64,000 nt of DNA, taken from the IMG/VR virus record IMGVR_UViG_3300022661_000051; one strand, given 5' to 3'. The notes beneath the pieces are model-generated. The model did no database searches. It was not told the origin of the DNA and was given only the letters and a program-made list of their open reading frames with translations. Source of the stretch: a virus. Its lineage: Duplodnaviria; Caudoviricetes. Position numbers and translations under genes: made by a program. How positions within the stretch are numbered: position 1 is the stretch's first letter; the number at the start of each line of letters is the position of its first letter. Shown piece by piece: positions 49,157 to 59,600 of the stretch.

Positions 49157-50029
49157 TTATAAATTATCTGTAGGCGTATCTGATTCGATACCCTGCTGGT
49201 TATCATCAGATGCTAGTTTCTGATTTTGATAATCTGTATTTATTAACTGCTGCATAGTAGCAGAACTCATATTAACCCCAACAATCTGCTGGATTGCAAG
49301 TCTTATTTCAGTAAGAACTGTAGGATTTTCACAATACTTACAGAATAAAGTATTGAAAATATTTTCGGTTGGAGTTACAATTGAATATATGAAATCTCTT
49401 GTCTGTTCGTTGTAGTTATATGAAAGAATAGTATAGAGATTCAGATCAAATCCGGATATGTAATATATTACATTCTTTATTTTACTGATAATAGATGCGA
49501 TAGTAATATCATTGTATGCACTTTTTGCATACATTGTAGTAGAATCGCGATCTTTCTTATACTTGTACAGTTCAAGATTGTTATATAACGCTTCTTTGTT
49601 CTGTACAATGTATTTGGCAAAGAAATTTACAGTATTTCTCATAAGACCAGAAATAAATATATCATACAGATAGTATGCTGCATTGTATCGATCAACTCCA
49701 TAACCAGAGTCTGATTCGTCTCCAGCATTGAATTGAAGTTTAAATGCATTGCAGATATTTGTTATGATTTCGTTATAAGTTTCCTGTCGAGCCTGCATAA
49801 TATTTTCAGTATCGTTAGGATACTGAGTAAGAAGACTCTTAAAGTTTATTTCGAATGCTGTAACGATATTCGTAGATTCGAGAGATATATCGGCGCAGCT
49901 AAGTCTATTTGCTATGTTTTCTTTAATTATGCTCATAATATAATCAGAATTATAATGAGCTAATATATCAGCAACTTCACCTTCAGCGACCATATTGTAT
50001 ATGCCACTGTTTCGATGATAATCGATCAT
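49157..50029 (-). CDS. hypothetical protein
   Basis: 290 aa, SD, late-type motif at 50056-50068. Confidence 0.7.
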   Translation of the reverse strand: MIDYHRNSGIYNMVAEGEVADILAHYNSDYIMSIIKENIANRLSCADISLESTNIVTAFEINFKSLLTQYPNDTENIMQARQETYNEIITNICNAFKLQFNAGDESDSGYGVDRYNAAYYLYDIFISGLMRNTVNFFAKYIVQNKEALYNNLELYKYKKDRDSTTMYAKSAYNDITIASIISKIKNVIYYISGFDLNLYTILSYNYNEQTRDFIYSIVTPTENIFNTLFCKYCENPTVLTEIRLAIQQIVGVNMSSATMQQLINTDYQNQKLASDDNQQGIESDTPTDNL

Positions 50030-50142
50030 AAATAAATCCTCCTAACATTATAAAATTATTTATTAGTTACCGTTCAGGTAGAATTTGACAAAAAATGAAT
50101 GGGGTATATAATACCCCATTCTATTTTGTTGATTATGATAAT

Positions 50143-53100
50143 TTACGCTTTATGCTTCACTCGATCTTTTTCTTCAGCTTTCTTAGCAGAATTCCATCTG
50201 GTAAGCGTTCCTACAAGATAACCAGTGATACGTCTGATACGTTCAAATTTGGAATCTTCTGTTTCTTTACGCTTACAGTTAGGACATTCGTCATTAATAA
50301 CACCAGTGTAACCGCAAACAGGATCTCTATCTACAGGATGGTTGATAGATCCATAGCCGATACCTGCATCGTGCATGCAACGAATAATCTTTTCAAATAC
50401 ATCAATATTCTTTGTTGTATCTCCATCGAGTTCTACATATGTAATATGTCCACCATTAGTAAGCTCATGGAATGGAGCTTCGAGACGGATCTTATCATAT
50501 GCACTGATAGGATAATATACAGGAATATGATTACTGTTAGTGAAATACTCTCTATCAGTAACACCTTCAATAACTCCGAATTTATCTCTTGTCTTCCTCA
50601 GAGCACGCCCTGCGTACGATTCGGCAGGAGTGCCTATGACAGCGAAGTTTAACTTTGTTTCTTCTGCAGCTTTATCTGTATATTCTCTCATATACTTGAT
50701 AATATTATAACCCTTCTTCCAATACTCTTCACCTTCACCGTGATGATGTCCATAAAGCGCAACAAGAGCTTCAGCGAGTCCAACAAATCCGATAGCTAAT
50801 GAACCGTGCTTAATAACTTCACGAACTTCATCGTCCCACTTAAGCTTCTCAGAATCAAGCCATATACCCTGACCCATAAGGAATGGGAAGTTATAGACTT
50901 TACGTTTAGCCTGAATTTCAAATCTTTCAAGAAGCTGTGATTTTACTACATCAAGAGCCTTATGAAGATTCTGATAGAACTTCTTTTCATCGCCTTCAGA
51001 CTCAAGAGCAATCATAGGAAGGTTGATTGAAGTGAATGAAAGGTTTCCTCTTGAATGGCTCTGTTCTCTACTAGGATCATGTACATTACCCATAACACGT
51101 GATCTACAGTTATGAGAAATAATTCCTGAAACATCAAATCTGTCTGATTCTGTTTCGACATCGTAACTATCCTCATTAACATAAACAGGTTCGATAGACA
51201 TGACTGTACATGTGGTATCAATTATAGGATGGCTTGGACGTGTAACGCCATTATTCCTTTTAATTTTCTTATTAGATGTCATAAAACTATACAGAATTTC
51301 TGAAGTTTCAAATTCTATTCTATATCTGTATTTATCGTGATATGAAGAATAATGACTAACGTACATTTTACAAGGATATCCTAAAGACTGAACCAAAGCC
51401 ATCTGTTGAAGAGCGAGTTCTTTATTTGTAGAACCGAGCATTATTCTTGTAGATCTACAAGCGCCTTCAGAACAGTATCCATCTGCATCTATCATACCAG
51501 CAAGGAATGAATATTTTGCAGCTGTATCCCAAGAAAATACTTCATTAGGAATATGTCTTTCAGATTTTTTATTTCCTCCGAATATTGAGAAAAGATATGA
51601 CTTGAATGATTTTAATTTTTCTCCAAGATTAATCCTAACCTGATAATAGTTTTCATTTGTCTTTTCTCTCATGTCTGTTAATGCTACATTGCCACCGAGC
51701 TTAGTTTCTACAACATACTTCACTTTCTCGATAATATCCATCTCGTCGATACCAAGACTAATTGTAATTGTTCCACTATAGTTAGAATCACATAATAAAA
51801 CTCCTAATAACCAAGAAATATCCTGATCATACATTATTGTATTTTCAGAATATTGATTATAAGTAACAGGAACTTTGTCTCCTATCTTCATATCCGAAAC
51901 AAAGGTTCTATTAAACTGTCCGAATTCATCCATTACAGGAAGTGGGTGATCAAGAGTACAAAGTAAACTTCTTCCGTTATTAAATTTAACCCTAACCCAA
52001 TTATTCTTATTGGGGTTCTTAATAAGTTTCTTACAATCAACAAATCTTCCGGATGAAGTATCATAGATCTGAACAATTCCGGATGTTATAATATACTGAG
52101 ATTCTCCAAATAAACGAATTACGTTGCATCTTATCATTCTTTCCCAAAATCTCTTAAATGATTCTACGAAAAGATGACCATTAAATTTATAAGTTATAAT
52201 TTCGTCTCCCTGAACACATCCCATGTAGGTCACTTCAGACTCTGGAACTCCTTCTTTATAATACTGCTTATTGAAAGGAGCATCAAGGAAAGCGAAGTTA
52301 GGGAAAAGTCTCTTAGCAGAAACTCTACATGCGAGTTTAAAGAGATCGTAGTTTGGATCTTCTGGATAGTAATTAACTCCTTCTTTTACCTTAAAGATAG
52401 CAATAGGGAATATTGCTGTTTCTCCATGTCCAAGACCAGCTTCAATAGCCAAAAGGAGATTTTCTATAACCATACGGCCAGCAGTCGAAATATCAGTTCC
52501 GAAGTTGATTGAACTGAAAGGCACCTGTGCGCCTGCTCTTGAATGCATACTGTTAAGATTATGCACAAATCCTTCCATGGCCTGATATGTCTGTTTATTT
52601 ACTTCTTTATATGCCATTGTTACGATTTTATCAGTAACATTTTTTTCTTCTCCATGATGAAGAATTGCTTGATTTAATATATTATCAAGGTCTTTATCTG
52701 TATAAGTATCATCATAAAAAGCAGAAAGTTCATTCTTTTCAGTTTCGGAAATTTCAAGACCGAGAGTTTTGATTCGATCTATATTTTCTTTAAGAGATCT
52801 ACGGAATGACTTAAGAACTCCTGGAGCCATAGAATAATCAAAATTAGGAATACTTTGACCACCATGACAGTCATTCTGGTCTGATTGTATAGCGATAGCT
52901 GCAAGTGCTGCGTATGTAGAGATCGGATTAGGTTCTCTGATATATCCATGTCCAGTATCGAATCCGTTTTTGAATAATTTTAAACAGTCTATCTGACAGC
53001 ATGTTACAGTAAGCTTATAAAAGTCGAGATCGTGAATATGAATTCTACCACATCTATGATTATCTGCAGCTGTTTTATTTATATCATTTTCGAGATAGTA

Positions 53101-53565
53101 TGCCTTAGACACATTACTTCCAATCTGAAGCATTGTGCCCATAGCACCATCTCCGTTAACATTACCATTGTCTCTTTTGAGATCGCTTTCAGAAGAGTCT
53201 TTTCCAAGAAGTTCTGATATAGCAGATGAAATAGAATCTCTGGAGTTTCTGATCTCATTTCTTTTCTGTCTGTAAAGAATATATTCTTTAGCGGTATCTG
53301 CAAAGCCAGCTTTGATAAGTTCTCTTTCTACGAAGTCCTGTATTTTTTCTACGCCGATACCAGTTGTTTCAGGAAGGGGGTCAATCCAATTCTGACAATC
53401 CTTATATACTTCATATACAAGATCGATAAGAATATTGTTGTCGATCTGATCATATGTCATGTTTTCATGAGATGCTATAATAGCTTTCTTAATAGCATTC
53501 TCAATTCTCGAGGGGTCAAAAGGAACAACTGTTCCATTACGTTTGATTACATTAAAATCTGGCAT
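50143..53565 (-). CDS. nrdD: class III anaerobic ribonucleotide reductase with ATP cone and intein
   Basis: VIKRNG ATP cone, IHIHDLDF, GGQS, YMG|CR, TPAES, CPVCG/CPNC, glycyl-radical RRITGYL. Confidence 0.97.
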   Translation of the reverse strand: MPDFNVIKRNGTVVPFDPSRIENAIKKAIIASHENMTYDQIDNNILIDLVYEVYKDCQNWIDPLPETTGIGVEKIQDFVERELIKAGFADTAKEYILYRQKRNEIRNSRDSISSAISELLGKDSSESDLKRDNGNVNGDGAMGTMLQIGSNVSKAYYLENDINKTAADNHRCGRIHIHDLDFYKLTVTCCQIDCLKLFKNGFDTGHGYIREPNPISTYAALAAIAIQSDQNDCHGGQSIPNFDYSMAPGVLKSFRRSLKENIDRIKTLGLEISETEKNELSAFYDDTYTDKDLDNILNQAILHHGEEKNVTDKIVTMAYKEVNKQTYQAMEGFVHNLNSMHSRAGAQVPFSSINFGTDISTAGRMVIENLLLAIEAGLGHGETAIFPIAIFKVKEGVNYYPEDPNYDLFKLACRVSAKRLFPNFAFLDAPFNKQYYKEGVPESEVTYMGCVQGDEIITYKFNGHLFVESFKRFWERMIRCNVIRLFGESQYIITSGIVQIYDTSSGRFVDCKKLIKNPNKNNWVRVKFNNGRSLLCTLDHPLPVMDEFGQFNRTFVSDMKIGDKVPVTYNQYSENTIMYDQDISWLLGVLLCDSNYSGTITISLGIDEMDIIEKVKYVVETKLGGNVALTDMREKTNENYYQVRINLGEKLKSFKSYLFSIFGGNKKSERHIPNEVFSWDTAAKYSFLAGMIDADGYCSEGACRSTRIMLGSTNKELALQQMALVQSLGYPCKMYVSHYSSYHDKYRYRIEFETSEILYSFMTSNKKIKRNNGVTRPSHPIIDTTCTVMSIEPVYVNEDSYDVETESDRFDVSGIISHNCRSRVMGNVHDPSREQSHSRGNLSFTSINLPMIALESEGDEKKFYQNLHKALDVVKSQLLERFEIQAKRKVYNFPFLMGQGIWLDSEKLKWDDEVREVIKHGSLAIGFVGLAEALVALYGHHHGEGEEYWKKGYNIIKYMREYTDKAAEETKLNFAVIGTPAESYAGRALRKTRDKFGVIEGVTDREYFTNSNHIPVYYPISAYDKIRLEAPFHELTNGGHITYVELDGDTTKNIDVFEKIIRCMHDAGIGYGSINHPVDRDPVCGYTGVINDECPNCKRKETEDSKFERIRRITGYLVGTLTRWNSAKKAEEKDRVKHKA
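51109..52218 (-). mobile_element. intein with LAGLIDADG endonuclease (370 aa) in NrdD
   Basis: Starts CVQGDE, block B TLDHPL, FLAGMIDADG, ends YDVET..SGIISHN followed by +1 Cys (CRSR). Confidence 0.95.
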
Positions 53566-53701
53566 ATTAATTACCTTCCTTTATATAAAATTTTATAAAA
53601 AAGTTATAGGGTAAGTAAAACATAAAAATGCTTAATCTTACCCATAGAGGGCAAATGGTGAAGAATACCCTGAAGATCCAAATGAATCTTCAGGGATTAT
53701 T

Positions 53702-54469
53702 TTATACACAATACATAATAGGTTGATTTTTGTTGGCTGGGTTGACATGGGACTCATCAAGTAATCTGATAATCTCTTCTCTTTTATCAGCCCAACGAAC
53801 TATTGCGTCATATTTATAGTTTACCGTGGCATATACTGTTTCGAGATCATCGAACTGTTCAAGCCAAGGTAATATAAAATTAGCAACATCCGATGTTGCT
53901 AAATCTTCAAATGTCAGCATTTGTGTTGGAGGTATAGTAGAAAGGTTTATTGGATGAGGGACAAAAACGTCCAGAGGAATTTGTTCAAGACCTCCGGTTA
54001 TATCATCACTCGTAGCACTTTGGAGTTTTATCTTATTCGGTGGTTCAAATTCAACGAATATAGAGTTGTTGAATACTGATGTCATATTAGCTCTTGCTTG
54101 AAGAAGCATAACATCATCCATAGAATAATTATTGTATGCAGATAAATAGTCATACATACCAACACCTGACTGTTGTGATAAACCACACTGGCCATACACA
54201 TCCCAGGCTATGTCTTTAACTCCAAGTATTTCTGCACCTCCAAGAAGGTCAGTATCTATCAGATAATAACCATTCTTTTTGTTTTCTTTCTTGACATCTA
54301 TCATAATCCTCACCTGATGAGGAAAAAATCTTGAAAAATCTGGAATAGTATCATCTCGTATAGGTTCTATCCATTTATCTTTGGTACAATCTTTAGGAAG
54401 TGGCAATGTAGCCGTTCTTAATCGTCTTTCAATTTTCTGGATAAGTTTGTTCATTGCATTTAATGCCAT
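53702..54469 (-). CDS. putative virion neck/adaptor protein
   Basis: KIERRL..TIPDFSRFFP..HPINLSTIPPT..F..LA; late-type motif at 54567-54579. Confidence 0.45.
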   Translation of the reverse strand: MALNAMNKLIQKIERRLRTATLPLPKDCTKDKWIEPIRDDTIPDFSRFFPHQVRIMIDVKKENKKNGYYLIDTDLLGGAEILGVKDIAWDVYGQCGLSQQSGVGMYDYLSAYNNYSMDDVMLLQARANMTSVFNNSIFVEFEPPNKIKLQSATSDDITGGLEQIPLDVFVPHPINLSTIPPTQMLTFEDLATSDVANFILPWLEQFDDLETVYATVNYKYDAIVRWADKREEIIRLLDESHVNPANKNQPIMYCV

Positions 54470-54514
54470 TTTCTATTTCCTCCTTTCCAAGGTTTTAGAA
54501 TTAATTATTAAGGC

Positions 54515-54579
54515 TCCCATATCCTCGGCTCCTTATAATTAGTTCCCTCTTTCCTTTGCTCCTCTATTATAGAGATGTT
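54515..54579 (-). promoter_or_regulatory. late-type promoter plus two period-8 GGA leader elements
   Basis: AACA-TCTCTA-TAA-TAGAGGAGCAAAGGAAAGAGGGA...AGGAGCCGAGGATATGGGA; homologous to 23659-23737. Confidence 0.55.
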
Positions 54580-54629
54580 TGTTAAAATATCAAAAAATAA
54601 ACGGGGATCGAAATCCCTGTTTATTAAAA

Positions 54630-55475
54630 TTAAAACATAGTTTCTCTTATCAGGAGATTGATCCTTGCAACCTCCTGCTCTTGATAAGATACACTATTTA
54701 TGAATTGCTGTTCAGCAATTCTATCAATAGTATTGAGGATTTTGCTGTCAACAGGATATCTTATCCCAGTTTTATTATAATATTTATAATATTCAGGATA
54801 AGATATTCCCTCATCTGAATCAAATATTTTAATTCTATCCAGGAGGGTTTTATCCTTTTTATATCCTGTACTTTTTAGTAAGGATACTATTTCTGTTGCC
54901 ATTTGGCGGCAGAAATCTTCAGATTCATCTCTGAATTTGAAGAATAAAAACTGCACCAAACCATAATGGTCAGAATATTTAATGTCCCATATGTTCGATA
55001 CATATGTAAGATAATCATTTAATATGTATCGACTTTTGGGGAGGTCAATATTTACATCCATATTTGATAATGTCCTTACCGCCATTATATAATCATACGG
55101 ACTGTCCTCATCAGATATCGGTATTAGTGCAGGACACCTTTTACGGATGAGGATATATACTATATTTGCCAAGTCCCAATATAGGCTTGACAATATTTCA
55201 TCCTCATTCATGTCAGGATTGTTTTCAATATTATCGCCGTATTTGGTTTCGAAATAACAGAATATACGCAACACATTCTGTATTTCTAAAACTATCTCAT
55301 CTTTTCTAACATAGTGTCTCTTCCAGTTAGCGTTATAGTTTATAATATCCGCCAACCTTTCAATATTATCATATTGTATATTTTCAAAATTCTTTCTAAT
55401 CATTCTATCCAGAATTTTGAAAACGTCTACTTTTTGTGTTTCGATGATAAAATCATCTATTTTTCTTTTTGCCAT
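54630..55475 (-). CDS. hypothetical protein
   Basis: 281 aa, SD, early motif at 55538-55545. Confidence 0.7.
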   Translation of the reverse strand: MAKRKIDDFIIETQKVDVFKILDRMIRKNFENIQYDNIERLADIINYNANWKRHYVRKDEIVLEIQNVLRIFCYFETKYGDNIENNPDMNEDEILSSLYWDLANIVYILIRKRCPALIPISDEDSPYDYIMAVRTLSNMDVNIDLPKSRYILNDYLTYVSNIWDIKYSDHYGLVQFLFFKFRDESEDFCRQMATEIVSLLKSTGYKKDKTLLDRIKIFDSDEGISYPEYYKYYNKTGIRYPVDSKILNTIDRIAEQQFINSVSYQEQEVARINLLIRETMF

Positions 55476-55634
55476 TGTTTATTCTCCTTTGTTATAAATT
55501 TTTTGACAACACTAGCATGCCGTCGATACTTACCTATATAATATATATACATAAATTTTTTTACCATGCCAAAATATCCATACTAACCTAGCTTTATACC
55601 AAAGAACATTTATATAATACAATATAGATGAAAG

Positions 55635-56234
55635 GTGGTTAATAATATGGCTACAAACGCTTGTTCAGGTAGACTTGTTAATGGATGCCACGGTAATTGT
55701 TGTAATTGCTCAAATAATTCTTCGAGCAGTTCATCATCAAATTATCCTTTTCCACGACCTGGCGGAAAAGTAAGAATTAATGGACAGATTAAATTGACAT
55801 GTACTTATGTTGATCATCATGGACATACAAGAAATTTCGATATCGAAACTGGAAAGATGTATCTCATTGAAGCTATATCTTCCACAAAAGGTCTATGTAC
55901 TTTTTCCGGTAAAATAACGGATTTCGATACCGTTAAGGGTATCGAGAATATTCTCACTGCTCCACATACTGTAAGTATTGGAGCTATTATTGTCGACTAC
56001 TCTACTGATTACGAATCAAAGGTTATTCGTATTGGAGTAGAAAATATTACAAGTATTCGTCCGATGGAATCTGTTGAGGATGTAGAATCTACAACTCCTA
56101 ATACTTATTTCATCGATGATCCTTTCGCAGAGAATCAGCTTAGCGAAGCTATTTCTACTGCTGAAATAAATGCAGACGGAACAATTACTCCATGCTGTAC
56201 AACAATAGACGATCCTTTCGCTAATAATAATTAA
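55635..56234 (+). CDS. hypothetical protein, Cys-rich N-terminus plus Sm-like candidate domain
   Basis: GKITDF..IIVDYSTDYESKVIRIGVENITSI; late-type motif at 55605-55617. Confidence 0.6.
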   Translation: MVNNMATNACSGRLVNGCHGNCCNCSNNSSSSSSSNYPFPRPGGKVRINGQIKLTCTYVDHHGHTRNFDIETGKMYLIEAISSTKGLCTFSGKITDFDTVKGIENILTAPHTVSIGAIIVDYSTDYESKVIRIGVENITSIRPMESVEDVESTTPNTYFIDDPFAENQLSEAISTAEINADGTITPCCTTIDDPFANNN

Positions 56235-56247
56235 GGGAGGAATTTCT

Positions 56248-56586
56248 ATGGGTACTATTGTTGGAACGACTGGTTATGTTAGACCAGTTCTTATAATTAC
56301 TCTTCACGATCTTCAGGATACTGGAGAGGTATTATATTTAAATTTTGAAATTGACTATAATACAACATATGAATTCCAAGTATATAATACTTGCGACGGA
56401 ATGTTGTATAAGGTTAAGGGAAAACTTACAAGATTTGGATCCGATCCTGAGTCTTGTAAGTGTAAATGTGAAGCTAACAAAATTGACTGGATTATTATAG
56501 ACCAGTCTACTGACAAAGAAAGTAAGTTGACTAAAATAAATATCGCAAATATTAAATCTATAACTCAGATTAATGAGTTAAATTAG
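56248..56586 (+). CDS. hypothetical protein, Sm-like candidate domain
   Basis: GKLTRF..IIIDQSTDKESKLTKINIANIKSI. Confidence 0.6.
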   Translation: MGTIVGTTGYVRPVLIITLHDLQDTGEVLYLNFEIDYNTTYEFQVYNTCDGMLYKVKGKLTRFGSDPESCKCKCEANKIDWIIIDQSTDKESKLTKINIANIKSITQINELN

Positions 56587-56605
56587 TACAAAGGAGGTAA
56601 ACACG

Positions 56606-59600
56606 ATGGCGACTTTGAATCTTAGTTTTCGTGTCGGTTCGGATAAGGCTATTATGGCAGCGCCTATCGTAGCTGGCACTATATATCTCTCATTAGATGG
56701 AAAGATATATTTTGATAAATCGGAAACAGAACGAATTCTTTGTGGTGTAAGCACCTATACCAAAAAAGAAATCGAAGATCTTGTCGGATCTGGCGAAGGC
56801 GGTGAAGGAGCTAGCACTGCAGCTCACGTTTTATATTCTAGCGACAAACTCGTTGGAGTTGAAAACGTTCAGCAGGCTCTTGATAAAATAATCGATCAGA
56901 TCGGAAATATGAATGGAAAGTTCCAGTATACAATAATGCCGAATCCTTCTACGGTAACTGGTATTGTTCAGTATATTGGTACAACAGATGACAAATATAC
57001 AAACGGATATTTCTATATGCCGAAATCAACTACAGAAGAGCCTGAAGAGGGCGGAGAACCTGTTACAACTTATTCATGGGAACAGGTAAACGTTCAGCCT
57101 CAGCCGGAAATTCCTGAAGTTGATCTTTCTAAGGTAAATTCAAAGTTCCAGTATGACGAAATGCCTGATGCGGAAACAACATCTGGTATTGTTCAGTATA
57201 CTGGAGAAACTACTGAAGATTATATAAAGGGCTACTTCTATGTGTCAACATCTTCAACAACTACAGATGAAGAAAGTGGAGAAGAAGTAACCACTTATTC
57301 ATGGGAACAGGTAAACGTTCAGCCTCAGCCTGAAACTGAAGATGTAGACCTTTCTGGTCTCAATACCAAGTTTCAGTATACGGAAATGCCTGACGCTAAA
57401 AATATTACTGGCGTTATCCAGTATATTGGCGAAACCACTGAAGATTATATCAAGGGTTATTTCTACGTTTCTAAAGCTACAACAGAAACTGTTGGAGAAG
57501 GAGACGAAGCTCAGGAAGTAACTACTTATTCATGGGAAAGAATCGATACACAGCCTGACGATCAGGCTCTTGATCATCTTAATCCGAAGTTCCAGGTAAC
57601 AGAAATGCCTGCAGCTGCTGAGAGAACTGGCCTTGTTCAGTATCTCGGTGCAACTAATGAAGATTATGTGTTCGGTTACTTCTACGTTTCTGACAGAATT
57701 TCATGGAAGCAGGTAGACGTTCAGCCTAACTGCGATCTCGATGGAGTAAATCCTAAGTTCCAGTATACAGAAATGCCTGATCCTACACTTGTTACTGGTC
57801 TGGTTCAGTATATTGGTGAAACAAATGAGACTTATACTCGTAACTTCTTCTATGAATCTAACGGCGAAAGCTGGACACAGATAAATGTGCAGCCACAGCC
57901 AGAGGGTGCAGATCTTTCTGGTCTCAACTCAAAGTTCCAGTATACAGAAATGCCTGAAGCTTCTGAAGTAACAGGAATAATGGTTCAGTATATTGGTGAA
58001 ACGACTGAAGACTATATTAATGGTTATTTCTACGTTGCTGAAGCTTCAACTTCTACAGATGAAGAAAGCGGAGAAGAGGTAACTACTTATTCATGGAAGC
58101 AGGTAAACGTTCAGCCTCAGCCGGAAATTCCTGAAGTTGACCTTTCAAATGTTAACACAAAGTTCCAGTATACAGAAATGCCTGACCCTGAACAGGTTAA
58201 AGGTATAGTACAGTACATGGGCGAAACTACTGAATCATATACTAAGGGATATTTCTATGTATCTACTGAGAGATCTATCATTGATGAAAACGATGAAACA
58301 GTCTACTCATATTCATGGGAAAGAATAAATGTACAGCCGGAACCTGAAAAGGAAGACCTTTCTGGCCTCAACACAAAGTTCCAGTATACAGAAATGCCAG
58401 ATGCGACTACAATGAACGCTATGGTTCAGTATATGGGTGAAACTACTGAAGATTATGTCTTTGGTTATTTCTATTATTCAGATGGTCTTGAAGACTCTAC
58501 TTGGGTTCAGATTGATATTCAGCCAGAGCCTGAAGTTGATCTTTCAAGCGTAAACTCAAAGTTTCAGTATACAGAAATGCCTGAAGCTTCTGCTGATATT
58601 AAGGGACTTATTCAGTATATTGGCGAAACTACTGAAGACTTCATTAAGGGTCATTTCTATGAATGTAAGACAACTTACAGCATAAACCCTGAAACTGGAG
58701 AGACAAGCAGTACATCTGAATGGCTTACTGTTGACCTTTCTAAAGAAACAGATCTTTCTGGTCTCAACTCAAAGTTCCAGTATACAGAAATGCCTGATCC
58801 TACAGATCATGTTGGTATTGTTCAGTATATTGGTATTACTGATGATGATTATACTCACGGATTCTTCTATGAGCCTTATGTTGTAGACGAATCAACTACA
58901 GTATGGTCAGTTGTATCTATCCAGCCTTCTGATAAAGCTGCAGATGCATCTTCAGTATATTTTACAGAAGCTGTTCCCGTTACAGAAACTATCGGAGGTA
59001 TCGAAGCTGGTACAGTATTCGACGGTTCTGTAAATGTACAGGAAGTTTTTAAGAGATTATTCTATAAATATACACCTCCTAAGGCTTCTATTACTATTGA
59101 TCCTTCACCTGAAAATTATATGACAGGAATCAATATTGAATCTCTGACAGTTAATATTAAAACTATCAAGACTGTTGATCCTATCACATCAATAGAATTT
59201 ACTAAGACAGTCGAAGGAAGCGAGCCTGAGATTATACTCTCAGAAAATTCAACAGATAATCCTAGTATTAGTGCTGGAGGCACTTTCCAGGAAATTATCG
59301 AAAATATAAACACTAACACTACTCTTACTGTCAAAGTATCTGACGGTAAAGAAACTAATACAGTATCTAAAACAATTAAGTTCGTCGATCCTGTATTCTG
59401 GGGTGTTCTTGGAACTAACGTTGTTACTGAAGAAATAGCTACAAGCTCTCTCGATAGAAAGCTTATGACAAGCTCTTCAGATACTATTGTTGTATCAGCA
59501 TCAAACGAGTATATCGTTTACATGACAACAAAGACAGTAACATCTATTCTTGATAAGAACGGATTCGATAACATGGATTCATTTGTAATGAATACAGTAA

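Noticed and set aside
50095-50652. 185-aa plus-strand ORF and the many other short antisense ORFs in the track (e.g. 5481, 22483, 26183, 38023)
   Set aside because: Antisense shadows of well-supported genes, lacking SD and motifs
56918-58926. Regularly spaced DNA repeats resembling a CRISPR array
   Set aside because: Units are in-frame protein repeats of about 165-230 nt with synonymous variation; no cas genes
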